The notes below the pieces were generated by a model. That model searched no databases. It was not told the DNA's origin and saw only the letters and a list, made by a program, of their open reading frames with translations. A DNA stretch of 64,000 nucleotides from Candidatus Latescibacterota bacterium (GTDB lineage Bacteria > Latescibacterota > UBA2968 > UBA8231), in assembly GCA_965197905.1 (NCBI GenBank), contig CBDAOB010000002.1, positions 96,001-160,000 on the forward strand, read 5' to 3'. Position 1 is the first letter of the stretch. Each line of letters opens with the position of its first letter. Below, piece by piece: positions 51,132 to 60,463 of the stretch. The position numbers and the translations under genes are program-made.

Positions 51132-52163
51132 ATGCTTACGTTGAAGGACCTTCCCACCATTCCCACCCAGGTAATTGGCAGCCACGGCATACCCAGCTGG
51201 ATGTGGGTGGTGCGGGACGCAGTTGAACAGGGCAAAATGGGACCGATTGATATCGACGAAGCGCTCAAAGACGGCGTTAAACTTGCTATCATGGACATGG
51301 AGGAAGCCGGCGTCGATATCATCTCGGACGGCGAGATGCAGCGCGCTGATTTCACTTGGAACTTCCACGAATACGTCCGTGGGCTCGAGGTTCAGGAGTC
51401 TCCGCGCAAATGGGGTTACCCGGGCCCCGATATCCTCGAAGCCTTTCGCTGCGTCGACAAACTTGAGGTTCCCAACGGCTACGGCATCGTCGAGGAATGG
51501 AAATACGCCCGTACCCTGACCGACAAACCGCTGCTAGCCCCGTTGCAGAGCCCGGTCACCCAGGCCTTCCGCATGGATCCGGGCGATGTCTACAAGAACA
51601 AGGCTGAGATCGCCTGGGCACTGGTTCCATATATAAATGGAGAGTTGCGCGCGGTGGTGGAGGCTGGTTGTCAATATGTCCAGTTCGACGAGCCGGCCTA
51701 CCGGATCGTGCCCGGCGGTTCCGGCGAGATGGTGGATATCTTCAACGCGTGCGTCGAAGGGATCGACGTAACCATCGGATTCCATCTCTGTTTCGGGAAC
51801 TTTCGCGGCCGTCCCGCCACATCCCATCGCAGCTTTGCCGCGTTTGCGCCGCACTTCAAAGAGATGAACGTGGACGTGATCCACATTGAATTTGCCAATC
51901 GCGGCATGTACGAGGTCGAGCTGTGGAAGGAGCATGGCGGCGACAAGATCCTCTGCGCCGGCGTAATCGACGTCAAAGGAAGGGATCTCGAACCGGTCGA
52001 CGCAGTTGCCGACCGCATCCGCACCTGCTTGAAGTACTGCGACGCCGACAAACTCTGGGTCGCTCCCGACTGCGGATTCAGCCAGACGGTGCGCTGGTTG
52101 GCTGTGGAGAAGATGAAGGTAATGGTGGAGGCTGCAGAGATGGTTCGCAAGGAGGTCTCATGA
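51132..52163 (+). CDS. Cobalamin-independent methionine synthase II (core MetE/epoxyalkane:CoM transferase) family Zn enzyme
   Basis: IGSH, DIISDGE, QFDEP; Zn ligands HLC (FHLCFGN), HIEF, PDCG; single barrel of 343 aa. Confidence 0.88.
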   Translation: MLTLKDLPTIPTQVIGSHGIPSWMWVVRDAVEQGKMGPIDIDEALKDGVKLAIMDMEEAGVDIISDGEMQRADFTWNFHEYVRGLEVQESPRKWGYPGPDILEAFRCVDKLEVPNGYGIVEEWKYARTLTDKPLLAPLQSPVTQAFRMDPGDVYKNKAEIAWALVPYINGELRAVVEAGCQYVQFDEPAYRIVPGGSGEMVDIFNACVEGIDVTIGFHLCFGNFRGRPATSHRSFAAFAPHFKEMNVDVIHIEFANRGMYEVELWKEHGGDKILCAGVIDVKGRDLEPVDAVADRIRTCLKYCDADKLWVAPDCGFSQTVRWLAVEKMKVMVEAAEMVRKEVS

Positions 52164-53206
52164 CTCCGCTGGAATACAACGAGGTGCTCGGTCGCAAGAT
52201 ACGCATGGACGACGTTGAGAGGTTGGGCGTTCCCACTCAGGATCTGGTGGAAGAGGCGTTGGCGGCAGGTCGCGCCGAGGAAGCGATCGAACTGGTGGAG
52301 TATTACCACCAGGAGATGCGCACCATGCACGACATCCTGCGAACTTGGATCACGGATCTGCTGCGCTATATCACCGATCGCAAAGGAGTGGAGAGTGGGG
52401 AAGCCGGGCCCCTCGCCTCTCAGCTTATGAAAACCTGGGACCAGTATTCGTTCGGTGTGCACCTGCGCGATTCCTGTCTGGAGGCGATCCGTGCCATTGA
52501 TGACGCCGTAGCCGTTGCTGATACGGAGTTGATCGATAGGGCGACTGACCTTCTGGACAGAATGCGCCTGGAGTTCAAGAATCCCCACGAGGTCCTGGTG
52601 GCGTGGATCCAGGACCTGCTTACCTACATGGCCACCGAGTTCGGCGAGGAGTCGGTGCTGGAGTCGATCCTGGAGACCCATCAAAGTATCTGGGGGGATC
52701 GCTACGAGAGTTGGGAGCAGCTGACGCCCCATGCCCGCCTTGCCCTTACGGTAGAGGGCATGCGTGGCGGACACTTCAGCGGTGATAGTCGCAAAGGAAA
52801 CATGACCCTGTCGGATCAGGGCGACCGTTACAAGATGATCATGGAGCTATGCGGCAGCGGTGGTGTCCTTCGCCGCGGCGACCCAGAAACGGGAAGACCA
52901 CCTCATCCCGTGGGGGAGCACGGCACCAATAAGAATCCGCATCTGTGGACCTGGAAAAAGACAGGGGTCCACTGGTACTGCACTCATTGCTGCATTGCCA
53001 AGGAGTGGCTACCCGGACAGCAGCGCGGCCGGCCCTTCCGGCCGCTGGATCACGTGCTCGATCCCCAAGCCCCGTGTACCTGGTACGTCTACAAGGACGA
53101 GGCCGACACGCGGGCGTATCACTACGATCGCACCGGCCTTGAGGTGCCTCAAGGCGCGCCGGATATGGGGGAAGGTAGCGAGCAGGAATATCCTGGGGGC
53201 AGTTGA
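52160..53206 (+). CDS. Hypothetical Cys/His-motif protein (V4R/ATC-hydrolase-like fold suspected)
   Basis: ATGA overlap with the MetE-like gene and RBS GGAGG; motifs CGSGG, YCTHCC, PCTW. Confidence 0.75.
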   Translation: MTPLEYNEVLGRKIRMDDVERLGVPTQDLVEEALAAGRAEEAIELVEYYHQEMRTMHDILRTWITDLLRYITDRKGVESGEAGPLASQLMKTWDQYSFGVHLRDSCLEAIRAIDDAVAVADTELIDRATDLLDRMRLEFKNPHEVLVAWIQDLLTYMATEFGEESVLESILETHQSIWGDRYESWEQLTPHARLALTVEGMRGGHFSGDSRKGNMTLSDQGDRYKMIMELCGSGGVLRRGDPETGRPPHPVGEHGTNKNPHLWTWKKTGVHWYCTHCCIAKEWLPGQQRGRPFRPLDHVLDPQAPCTWYVYKDEADTRAYHYDRTGLEVPQGAPDMGEGSEQEYPGGS

Positions 53207-53505
53207 GGAGCGGTACGAGATTCACCAACCTCGTCACCTGGGTTTGCCCCAGCGGAAGAACCGATGGTGGCAAAGCTGTCCTCAGCACACGGAAGCGTTC
53301 TCCTGAACGTGAGTCCCCCAGCAAGGTCCAGATCGATCTCTTCAGCCCCACCTGCTAAAGCGCGGCGTCTACGGACCTTTCTTGAATCGAACAGATCGTA
53401 ACGGTATATTTCGTTGCATACAAAATATATTATGCGATTGCACATTTAATCCCTGTCAGATTTGGTCCGATAGAGCGGGATCGAAAACGATTTCCGGAGG
53501 AAACC

Positions 53506-54423
53506 ATGCCGGCCTCATCAAAATCTCTCGTAGGCGCCTTGAAAGCGATTCCAGTGTTCAAGGAACTGTCGCCCTCTCAGGTAAAAAGCATGCTCAGGAT
53601 CTGCGAAAATCGGGAGATTGGTGCGGATCACATTCTATGTCAAAAAAACTCGCCGGCCGAAGAGATGTACATTCTGCTCGACGGCAGACTCGCGGTTACA
53701 AAGCCGGATGGGTCCCTTATCATAACTGTCTCACCCGTAAACACAGTTGGGGAGATGGGCCTCGTCACGCGGCAGCCAAGGTCTGTAAGAATCGAGACGA
53801 TCGAACCAAGCAAGATTCTGGTCATCACCAAGACCAACTTCGACAGACTGATGGATAAACAGCCTGACATGCTTCTGAGGATCTATCGAAATCTCATCGA
53901 GATTGTCTCAACGAGAATCCTCAAGGAGAATGTTCGCGTAGTCGATTTCCAAAAGCAGAAGAAGTCGATTGCCGAGTTGACTGCAAAGCTGGGAATCATG
54001 TTAGAGCTGTTGGAGAAGCGGGGCATGGACCGCGATGAAGCCGAGCAACAGGTAACAAGAAGATACGAGGAAACCGTTCCGAAGATATTGATTGTCGACG
54101 ACGAGCCGGTGGTTCGTCGAGCCTTCAAGCGAGTGTTGCATGCCTATCGAGTTTTGGAGGCCGAAAACGGAAAGGATGCGCTCAGAATCATCGAAAAGGA
54201 TCTTCCGGCTCTGGTCATCACCGACCTCAATATGCCCGAGATGGGTGGTGTAGAACTCCTGGAGAAACTGCGAAATGCGCACCCGGCCCTGCCCATTCTC
54301 GGGCTATCAGGCTACGTCGACAAAGAAGGGGCGGACCATCTGGGATTCGACGGATTCCTGGAAAAGCCGTTACAACTCGATGTAATGAACGCACTGATCG
54401 AGAAAAACATTCAGGAGAATTGA
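53506..54423 (+). CDS. cNMP-binding domain plus receiver (REC) domain protein
   Basis: VGEMGLVTRQPRS cassette; coiled-coil-like linker; ILIVDDE, ITDLNMP, SG, EKP. Confidence 0.88.
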   Translation: MPASSKSLVGALKAIPVFKELSPSQVKSMLRICENREIGADHILCQKNSPAEEMYILLDGRLAVTKPDGSLIITVSPVNTVGEMGLVTRQPRSVRIETIEPSKILVITKTNFDRLMDKQPDMLLRIYRNLIEIVSTRILKENVRVVDFQKQKKSIAELTAKLGIMLELLEKRGMDRDEAEQQVTRRYEETVPKILIVDDEPVVRRAFKRVLHAYRVLEAENGKDALRIIEKDLPALVITDLNMPEMGGVELLEKLRNAHPALPILGLSGYVDKEGADHLGFDGFLEKPLQLDVMNALIEKNIQEN

Positions 54424-54564
54424 TCTAGCTGGGCGGCCACATTCGTCCCAGGCACTCTGATGTCGAGATCATCGTTGTAATGCACGCCGGTCTTCCCGCG
54501 CCATCTACTGGGCCATTATAGGTGATATTGTCTATTCTTTCGCACCGACGTGGGGAGAATAGAT

Positions 54565-55199
54565 ATGAGAATCGCTTTTATAGGAATCGGTAATGTGGGC
54601 TCGGCGTTGGCCGATAGGCTTGTCAGGGTGGGGCACGAAGTTCTGATTGCTACCAGGGATCCCGGCTCGGCGACCGTCAAGTCTGCGCTCGCGAAGAATC
54701 CCTCCTTTGAGGTAAGAGGCGTCCAGGAATCTGTCTCAGAGGTCCTACGATTTTTCTCGTCACGCCGTTTGACGCCAATGAGGCCGCTTTGAAGAACGCG
54801 GGTGATGTTACCGGTAAGACCATTGTTGACTGCACAAATCCGGTTGGTCCCGGTTTGACGCATGGCCTCGACAACCAGCAATCGGGCGGTGAGTTCGTGC
54901 AGAGACTTGTGCCGCGGGCAAACGTCGTTAAAGCATTCACCATCTACGGATACGAAAATTTCTCAGACTCCGAGTATCCAGGTTACGGAGATCTAAAGCC
55001 AGCCATGCTCATTGCGGGCAATGATCTGGGTTCAAAGAAGACGGTTTCTACTCTATGTGAGGATCTGGGCTGGACGTGCGTCGACACCGGTGACATCACC
55101 ATGAGTCTGCACTTGGAACACATGACGTTGCTGTGGATCAAAATGGCCAGAATTCAAGGTCGCGGTGCCGATTTCGTTTGGTCCATGTTGACCAGGTGA
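54565..55199 (+). CDS. NADPH-dependent F420 reductase-like dinucleotide-binding enzyme, frameshift near 54746
   Basis: MRIAFIGIGNVG, then IFLVTPF..., IVDCTNP, SGGE and VVKAF in the next frame. Confidence 0.82.
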
Positions 55200-55209
55200 A
55201 GGGGGCCAC

Positions 55210-56928
55210 ATGAATGAGAGCAGGAAAGCGGTACGCTGGCACCAGCGGCGGATAATCTATAACAACGACGGTGACGACGTGAAAGAGGTGCAAAATCGCC
55301 ATGAAGTCCACTGGCAATTCATGGCGCGGAGTGGGGGCGAGCTGATCGATGATTTTCTCGAAGCGCGTACCACATCGCTCGTGGGCACCCAGGTTGACAG
55401 CATCTGTTATTCCACCTGCACCGCCGGCCTCCTGTTCACGCACAATACAAAACTAGGCGGGTATTGCGGCAAAGGGATTTCACAGGAGCTCATCGACACC
55501 TACGGGCGCGACAATCTCCAGATTCAGGTAGCTTACGCTCACGAAAACAACCTGGAGATCTTCTGGTCGTTGCGCATGAACGACACCCATGACTCCCATC
55601 CGGAAGACTACCGCAGCAACTACTACGGTGTGGCTCCCTTCAAAACGGAAAATCCGCACTATCTGTTGGGAGAGGCAGACGATTGGTACAAGCACCCCGA
55701 TGGACCGCGACACTCGTGGAGCTCCCTCGACTTCACCTATCCAGAGGTTCGGGAGCACGTCTTCTCGTTGATTGAGGAGGTGTGCCAGGGATACGAAGTC
55801 GACGGCGTCGAGTTGGACTTTCTACGACATCCCAGGTTTTTTCCGCCCACCATGGATGGGGATCCCGTGGAGCAGGAACACGTTGAGATGATGACCGACC
55901 TCGTGCGCCGCATACGGAAGATGGCCGATGAGGTGGAACGAGAACGCGGGCGTCCCCTATTGCTGGCAGCGCGCACGCCGTTCGCACTTACAGAGGCGCG
56001 ATTCGTTGGCCTGGATGTGGAACAGTGGCTCGCGGAAGACCTCATCGATGTGCTGATCGCGGGCGGGCTTTCCGAACGCATACTGACCGAGCCGCTACAG
56101 GAAGTCGTGGAACTGGGACACAGGTTCGAGGTACCGGTTTATCCCTGTGTCGGGTGGCCATTCTGGCACTACTGGTCTTATCTCGATCTGGGAGCGGATG
56201 AACACCGTACTTTTGATTCGTGGGTGAAAACCCTGTATGGCGGTCATCCCAACGACACCGACAAGCCGTGTTATATCGTGTCGTGGAATTCGTGGGAGGG
56301 ATCCACGGCCGCGTGGCGCGGTGCAGCAATGAACGCGTGGAACGCTGGCGCAGACGGGATCTATGTCTTTAACGGCTTTCACAGCACACCGTTCGACAGA
56401 TGGCGGGAGATCGGTGACCCCAAAACACTAGCCAACAAGGACAAGGTGTTCGGCGTGGACCGGTTTCCTGGCGAGTCCAACCGTTCAGAGGCCGGAGAGG
56501 TAGAACTGATCCGGGGAGAACCGGTCAGTGCACACTTTCAAATTGGTGAGGAGGTAACCGCGGGCAACGTTTCCTTTCGTCTTCACCTGTGGGACTCCTC
56601 AGCCGATGACGAGATCGAGGTCAAGCTCAACGGTGGCTCTCTGGACGGCCTCAAGGGGGAGGGCCTTTCCCAGGCATCGACGTCGGGGCAATGGTTGGAA
56701 TGCCGGCTGAATCCCGAACAGCTCAGAAGAGGGGACAATGAAGTTGAACTGATGTTGGGCAGGCGGGGTGCAGCGATGAGCACACCCCTGCTCGTGGATG
56801 CCGTGCAGGTGCACGTTCAATACGAGAGTCAGTCACGAGATTCTGACGACGGAAATGTCGAAAACGAGCCGAGTTCCATAACGTCGCCAGGATACCAGAA
56901 CAACATTATTGAAAATGGGAAAAATTAG
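55210..56928 (+). CDS. GHL10/DUF187-like protein, paralogue 2
   Basis: RRIIYNNDGDD, SLRMNDTHD, DGVELDFLRH, GADGIYVFN. Confidence 0.78.
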   Translation: MNESRKAVRWHQRRIIYNNDGDDVKEVQNRHEVHWQFMARSGGELIDDFLEARTTSLVGTQVDSICYSTCTAGLLFTHNTKLGGYCGKGISQELIDTYGRDNLQIQVAYAHENNLEIFWSLRMNDTHDSHPEDYRSNYYGVAPFKTENPHYLLGEADDWYKHPDGPRHSWSSLDFTYPEVREHVFSLIEEVCQGYEVDGVELDFLRHPRFFPPTMDGDPVEQEHVEMMTDLVRRIRKMADEVERERGRPLLLAARTPFALTEARFVGLDVEQWLAEDLIDVLIAGGLSERILTEPLQEVVELGHRFEVPVYPCVGWPFWHYWSYLDLGADEHRTFDSWVKTLYGGHPNDTDKPCYIVSWNSWEGSTAAWRGAAMNAWNAGADGIYVFNGFHSTPFDRWREIGDPKTLANKDKVFGVDRFPGESNRSEAGEVELIRGEPVSAHFQIGEEVTAGNVSFRLHLWDSSADDEIEVKLNGGSLDGLKGEGLSQASTSGQWLECRLNPEQLRRGDNEVELMLGRRGAAMSTPLLVDAVQVHVQYESQSRDSDDGNVENEPSSITSPGYQNNIIENGKN

Positions 56929-57388
56929 AGAGACTGCATTTACGCCCAAGGCGATAAAAGCCATCACCGACAAAGTTCCCGCATTCCGTGGACTAACAAT
57001 GGGCCAGATTCACAAGATGCTCAAGGCGGGCGAGGTGATCACCAGGCAACCGGGAGACGTGCTCTGTCGAGAGGAAGACAAGTCAACGGAGATGTTCATT
57101 CTTCTCACGGGCGAGCTTGCCATAACCCGCAGTAGCGTTGAACTGACAGTGGTCAAGTCATCGGATATAGTGGGCGAGATGAGCTTGATTACCGGATTGC
57201 CAAGGTCTGCAACTATTGAAGTGACTGAGGACGCCACAATGTTCATGATACGCAGGGAAGAGTTTTCTACCTTGCTGAAGGAAATCCTCGATTTGGCGGT
57301 GAAGATATACCAGAACATGCTAGAATCTCTTTGTAGTAAGCTTCTTGAGCTGGATGAGAAATTCGTCGACGGCTTGCTGGGCCCGTAG
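56915..57388 (+). CDS. Stand-alone cNMP-binding domain protein
   Basis: MFILLTGEL, VGEMSLITGLPRSAT; no HTH domain. Confidence 0.85.
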   Translation: MGKIRETAFTPKAIKAITDKVPAFRGLTMGQIHKMLKAGEVITRQPGDVLCREEDKSTEMFILLTGELAITRSSVELTVVKSSDIVGEMSLITGLPRSATIEVTEDATMFMIRREEFSTLLKEILDLAVKIYQNMLESLCSKLLELDEKFVDGLLGP

Positions 57389-57432
57389 GGGTCGGTGCCC
57401 CCGCACTGACATGCCCTTGGGAGAAAAGCCAA

Positions 57433-59058
57433 ATGAATGAGAACAGGAAAGCAGCGCGCTGGCGCCGCCGGCGGATTATCTACAACAACGACGGTGACGA
57501 CGTGGTGGAGGTGAAGAATCGCCACGACGCGCACTGGCAGGTCACGAGGCGGAGTGGTGGCGAGCTGATCGACGATTTCCTCGAAGCGCGCACGACGTCG
57601 CTACTGGACACTCAGGTTGACAGCATCTGGATTCTACCTGTGCTGGCGGCATCGGGTTCGCGCACCAAACGAAACTAGGTGGGTTTTGCGAAAAGGGGAT
57701 TTCACAGGAGCTCATTGACACCTACGGTCGCGACCATCTGCAGATTCAGGTAGAGTTCTGCCACAAGAATAAGTTGGAAGTCTTCTGGTCATTGCGCATG
57801 AACGACACCCATGACGCCCACCCAAGATTTCCGCACCAGGTACTATGGTCTCGCTCCCATCAAGCGGGACCATCCTGAGAATCTGTTGGGACGGCAAGGC
57901 GATTGGGAGAAGTATCCTGACGGACCACGCCGACAGTGGACTTCTCTAGACTTCAGCGTTCCGGAGGTTCGGGAGCACATATTCTCGCTGGTTGAGGAGG
58001 TATGTCAGGGATATGACGTGGACGGCGTCGAGCTGGACTTCCTTCGGGATCCCAAATTTTTCGCGCCTACTGCAGATGGGAAACCGGCAGAGCCGCAACA
58101 TCTGGAGATGATGACCGACCTGGTGCGGCGGATAAAGGACATGACCGCAGAGGTGGAACGAGAACGCGGACGTCCCTTACTGTTGGCGGCGCGCACCCCT
58201 CATGCAGTTGCCGACGCCCGCTTCGTTGGCCTGGACCTGGAGCAGTGGCTCGCAGAGGACCTCATCGACGTGCTGATCCCCGCTGGGCCCCACGAGTGCA
58301 TTTCAGAGTCGCTGCGGGAGGTCGTGGCGCTAGGTCATAAGTTCGAGGTGCCGGTGTATCCATGCATCGCCTGGCCATTCTGGCATTACTGGGCCTTTCT
58401 AGATTTGGGATCGGGCGAACACCGGACCTGGGGTTCGTGGGTGAAAACCCTCTACGGAGGTCACCCGAACGACATGGACAAGCAGTGTTATATCGTCGCT
58501 TTGAATTCGTGGGAAGGATCTGCGGTCGCGTGGCGTGGTGCCGCGACGAATGCGTGGAAAGCTGGTGCAGACGGGATCTATGTCTTCAACGCCTTTCACA
58601 GCACACCATTCGAAAGATGGCGAGAGATCGGTGATTCCCAAACGCTGGCCAACCTGGACAAGATGTTCGGCGCAATTCGGTTCTCTGGCGAGTCTAATAT
58701 TTCAGAGACAGGAGAGCACCAACTGAAAAAAGGAGAGCCCGTCCGCGCGCACTTTCAGATTGGCGACGATGTGACCTCGGGAAACGTTTCCGAGTTGCGC
58801 TTTCGTCTTCACCTGTGGGACCTTGCAAACGATGACGACATAGACGTGAAACTCAACGGTGGCTCCCTCGACGATCTAAAGCGGGAAGGCTCTCCTCGGG
58901 CATTGACGTCGGGGCAATGGTTGGAATGCCAGCTAAATCCTGAACAGGTCAAGAAAGGGGAGAACGAGGTTGAGCTGACGGTGCGCCAGCGGGACGCAGC
59001 GATGAGCACGCCCCTAGTCGTGGACGCCGTGCAACTGCACGTTCAGTACGGAGGTTAG
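57433..59058 (+). pseudogene. GHL10/DUF187-like protein, paralogue 3, with two frameshifts
   Basis: Closely similar to paralogue 2. Frame is lost near 57630 and regained near 57823; the shifted segment reads HQTKLGGFCEKGISQELIDTYGRD...SLRMNDTHD. Confidence 0.8.
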
Positions 59059-59210
59059 TCAGGATACTCCTGGCCCGGATGCGAAGGCTGGAGTTCCATG
59101 CCGCCATCGACGCAAATCACCTGGCCGGTAACAAAGTCCGACAGGTCGGTGGCGAGAAATTCGACCATCTTGGCGCAGTCCTCTCCCGGACCCGCCGCCG
59201 CCGCGTCAGC
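59055..59210 (-). pseudogene. SDR oxidoreductase C-terminal remnant
   Basis: EDCAKMVEFLATDLSDFVTGQVICVDGG with no Rossmann or YxxxK region. Confidence 0.72.
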
Positions 59211-59218
59211 CACATGAT

Positions 59219-60340
59219 TCACGACGAGAGCTGTCGAATACACTCGCACAGCAAGGGAATGCCGTCACGAATCTGCTGCAGCGACGGCAAGCCGAACGCC
59301 AGTCGAAGACTGGGGACGTCTGCGTTGCGCACGTGGAAGCTGGAACCGGGGGCGTAGCGCAGATTGCGAGCCGCCGCCATTTCAGCGAGCCGTCGTCGGT
59401 CCACATCGTCCGGAAACGTCAACCAGATAAACAGCCCACCTTGGGGGTGCGACCAGGTGCAGGTGTCGCCCACACCGCGCTCGAGCTCCGCGAACACGGC
59501 GTCACGTTTCTCCTTCAACGCCGCGTTGGTGTGCGCGCAGTGTTCCCACAGGTTATCGCGGAGGAACTGGGCCAGGATGGACGCCGCCAGCACACTGTTG
59601 CCGCCGTCGTAGCGCCGGTCAAGAATCCGCGACAAAAGCGGCGCTCGCGCCAGGAAGTAACCCGTCCGCACGCCGGGCCCTAGGATTTTCGACAGCGAGC
59701 AGATGTATACCTGGTTCGGACTGTCGTCCAGCGCGTAGAGCGCCGGCTCCTTGTCGCCCTCGTAATGCACGTCGCCGTAACAGTTATCTTCGACGACGAT
59801 GCAGTCGAACTGGCGCGCCACGTCGATCAGCTCGAGCCGCCGTTCCCGCGGCATGACGGATCCGGTCGGATTCTGGTAGGTAGCCAGGGTGTAGATGAAG
59901 CGCGGCGGGGTGCCCTGGTCGTGCAGTCTTTGGAGCGTCGTCCGCAGTTGGTCGATGCGCATACCGTGCTGGTCCAGCGCCACGCCGACCAATTCGATGC
60001 CCAGCCGGCGATAGGCTCCGATCGTGCCACTGTAGGTCAGCTCTTCGGTGACGACGACGTCGTCCTTGCCTTTCATCAAGGCTTCCGCGATCAACGTCAC
60101 CGCCTGCATGGAGCCGTTGGTCAGCGCAATGTGCTCCGGGGATACGTCGATCCCTTCACGGTCCGATTCGCGCTCGGCCATGACTTCGCGCAGCCCGTGG
60201 TGCCCGAGATCGCCGGGGTAGCGCACGAACGCCTGACCGACATCGGGGATGGCAGTCGCCGCGGCTTTCGCCAACGCCTCCACCGGAAAGGTCTCGGGAT
60301 TGGTGCAGCCACTGGCGAATTCGAACTCGCTCACTGTCAT
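59219..60340 (-). CDS. PLP-dependent class I/II aminotransferase (LysN/MocR-like, no HTH)
   Basis: TNGSMQA, YQNPTG, VEDNCY, SLSKILGPGVRTG, GGLFIW. Confidence 0.9.
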   Translation of the reverse strand: MTVSEFEFASGCTNPETFPVEALAKAAATAIPDVGQAFVRYPGDLGHHGLREVMAERESDREGIDVSPEHIALTNGSMQAVTLIAEALMKGKDDVVVTEELTYSGTIGAYRRLGIELVGVALDQHGMRIDQLRTTLQRLHDQGTPPRFIYTLATYQNPTGSVMPRERRLELIDVARQFDCIVVEDNCYGDVHYEGDKEPALYALDDSPNQVYICSLSKILGPGVRTGYFLARAPLLSRILDRRYDGGNSVLAASILAQFLRDNLWEHCAHTNAALKEKRDAVFAELERGVGDTCTWSHPQGGLFIWLTFPDDVDRRRLAEMAAARNLRYAPGSSFHVRNADVPSLRLAFGLPSLQQIRDGIPLLCECIRQLSS

Positions 60341-60463
60341 CACCTCCTGGTTGTCTCGAAAGAAAGGCTAACACCATGGTACCCGCCCGGCAACTCTGGC
60401 CATTGACGTCTGTGCCGTTGAGTTGTTTGATTCGAATACCGGATTCAAAGGTCAGGAGTAAAC

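Noticed and set aside
57391..57410. Hairpin GTCGGTGC-CCCC-GCACTGAC after the cNMP gene
   Set aside because: No U-tract and a single occurrence, so it is not supportable as a terminator or repeat
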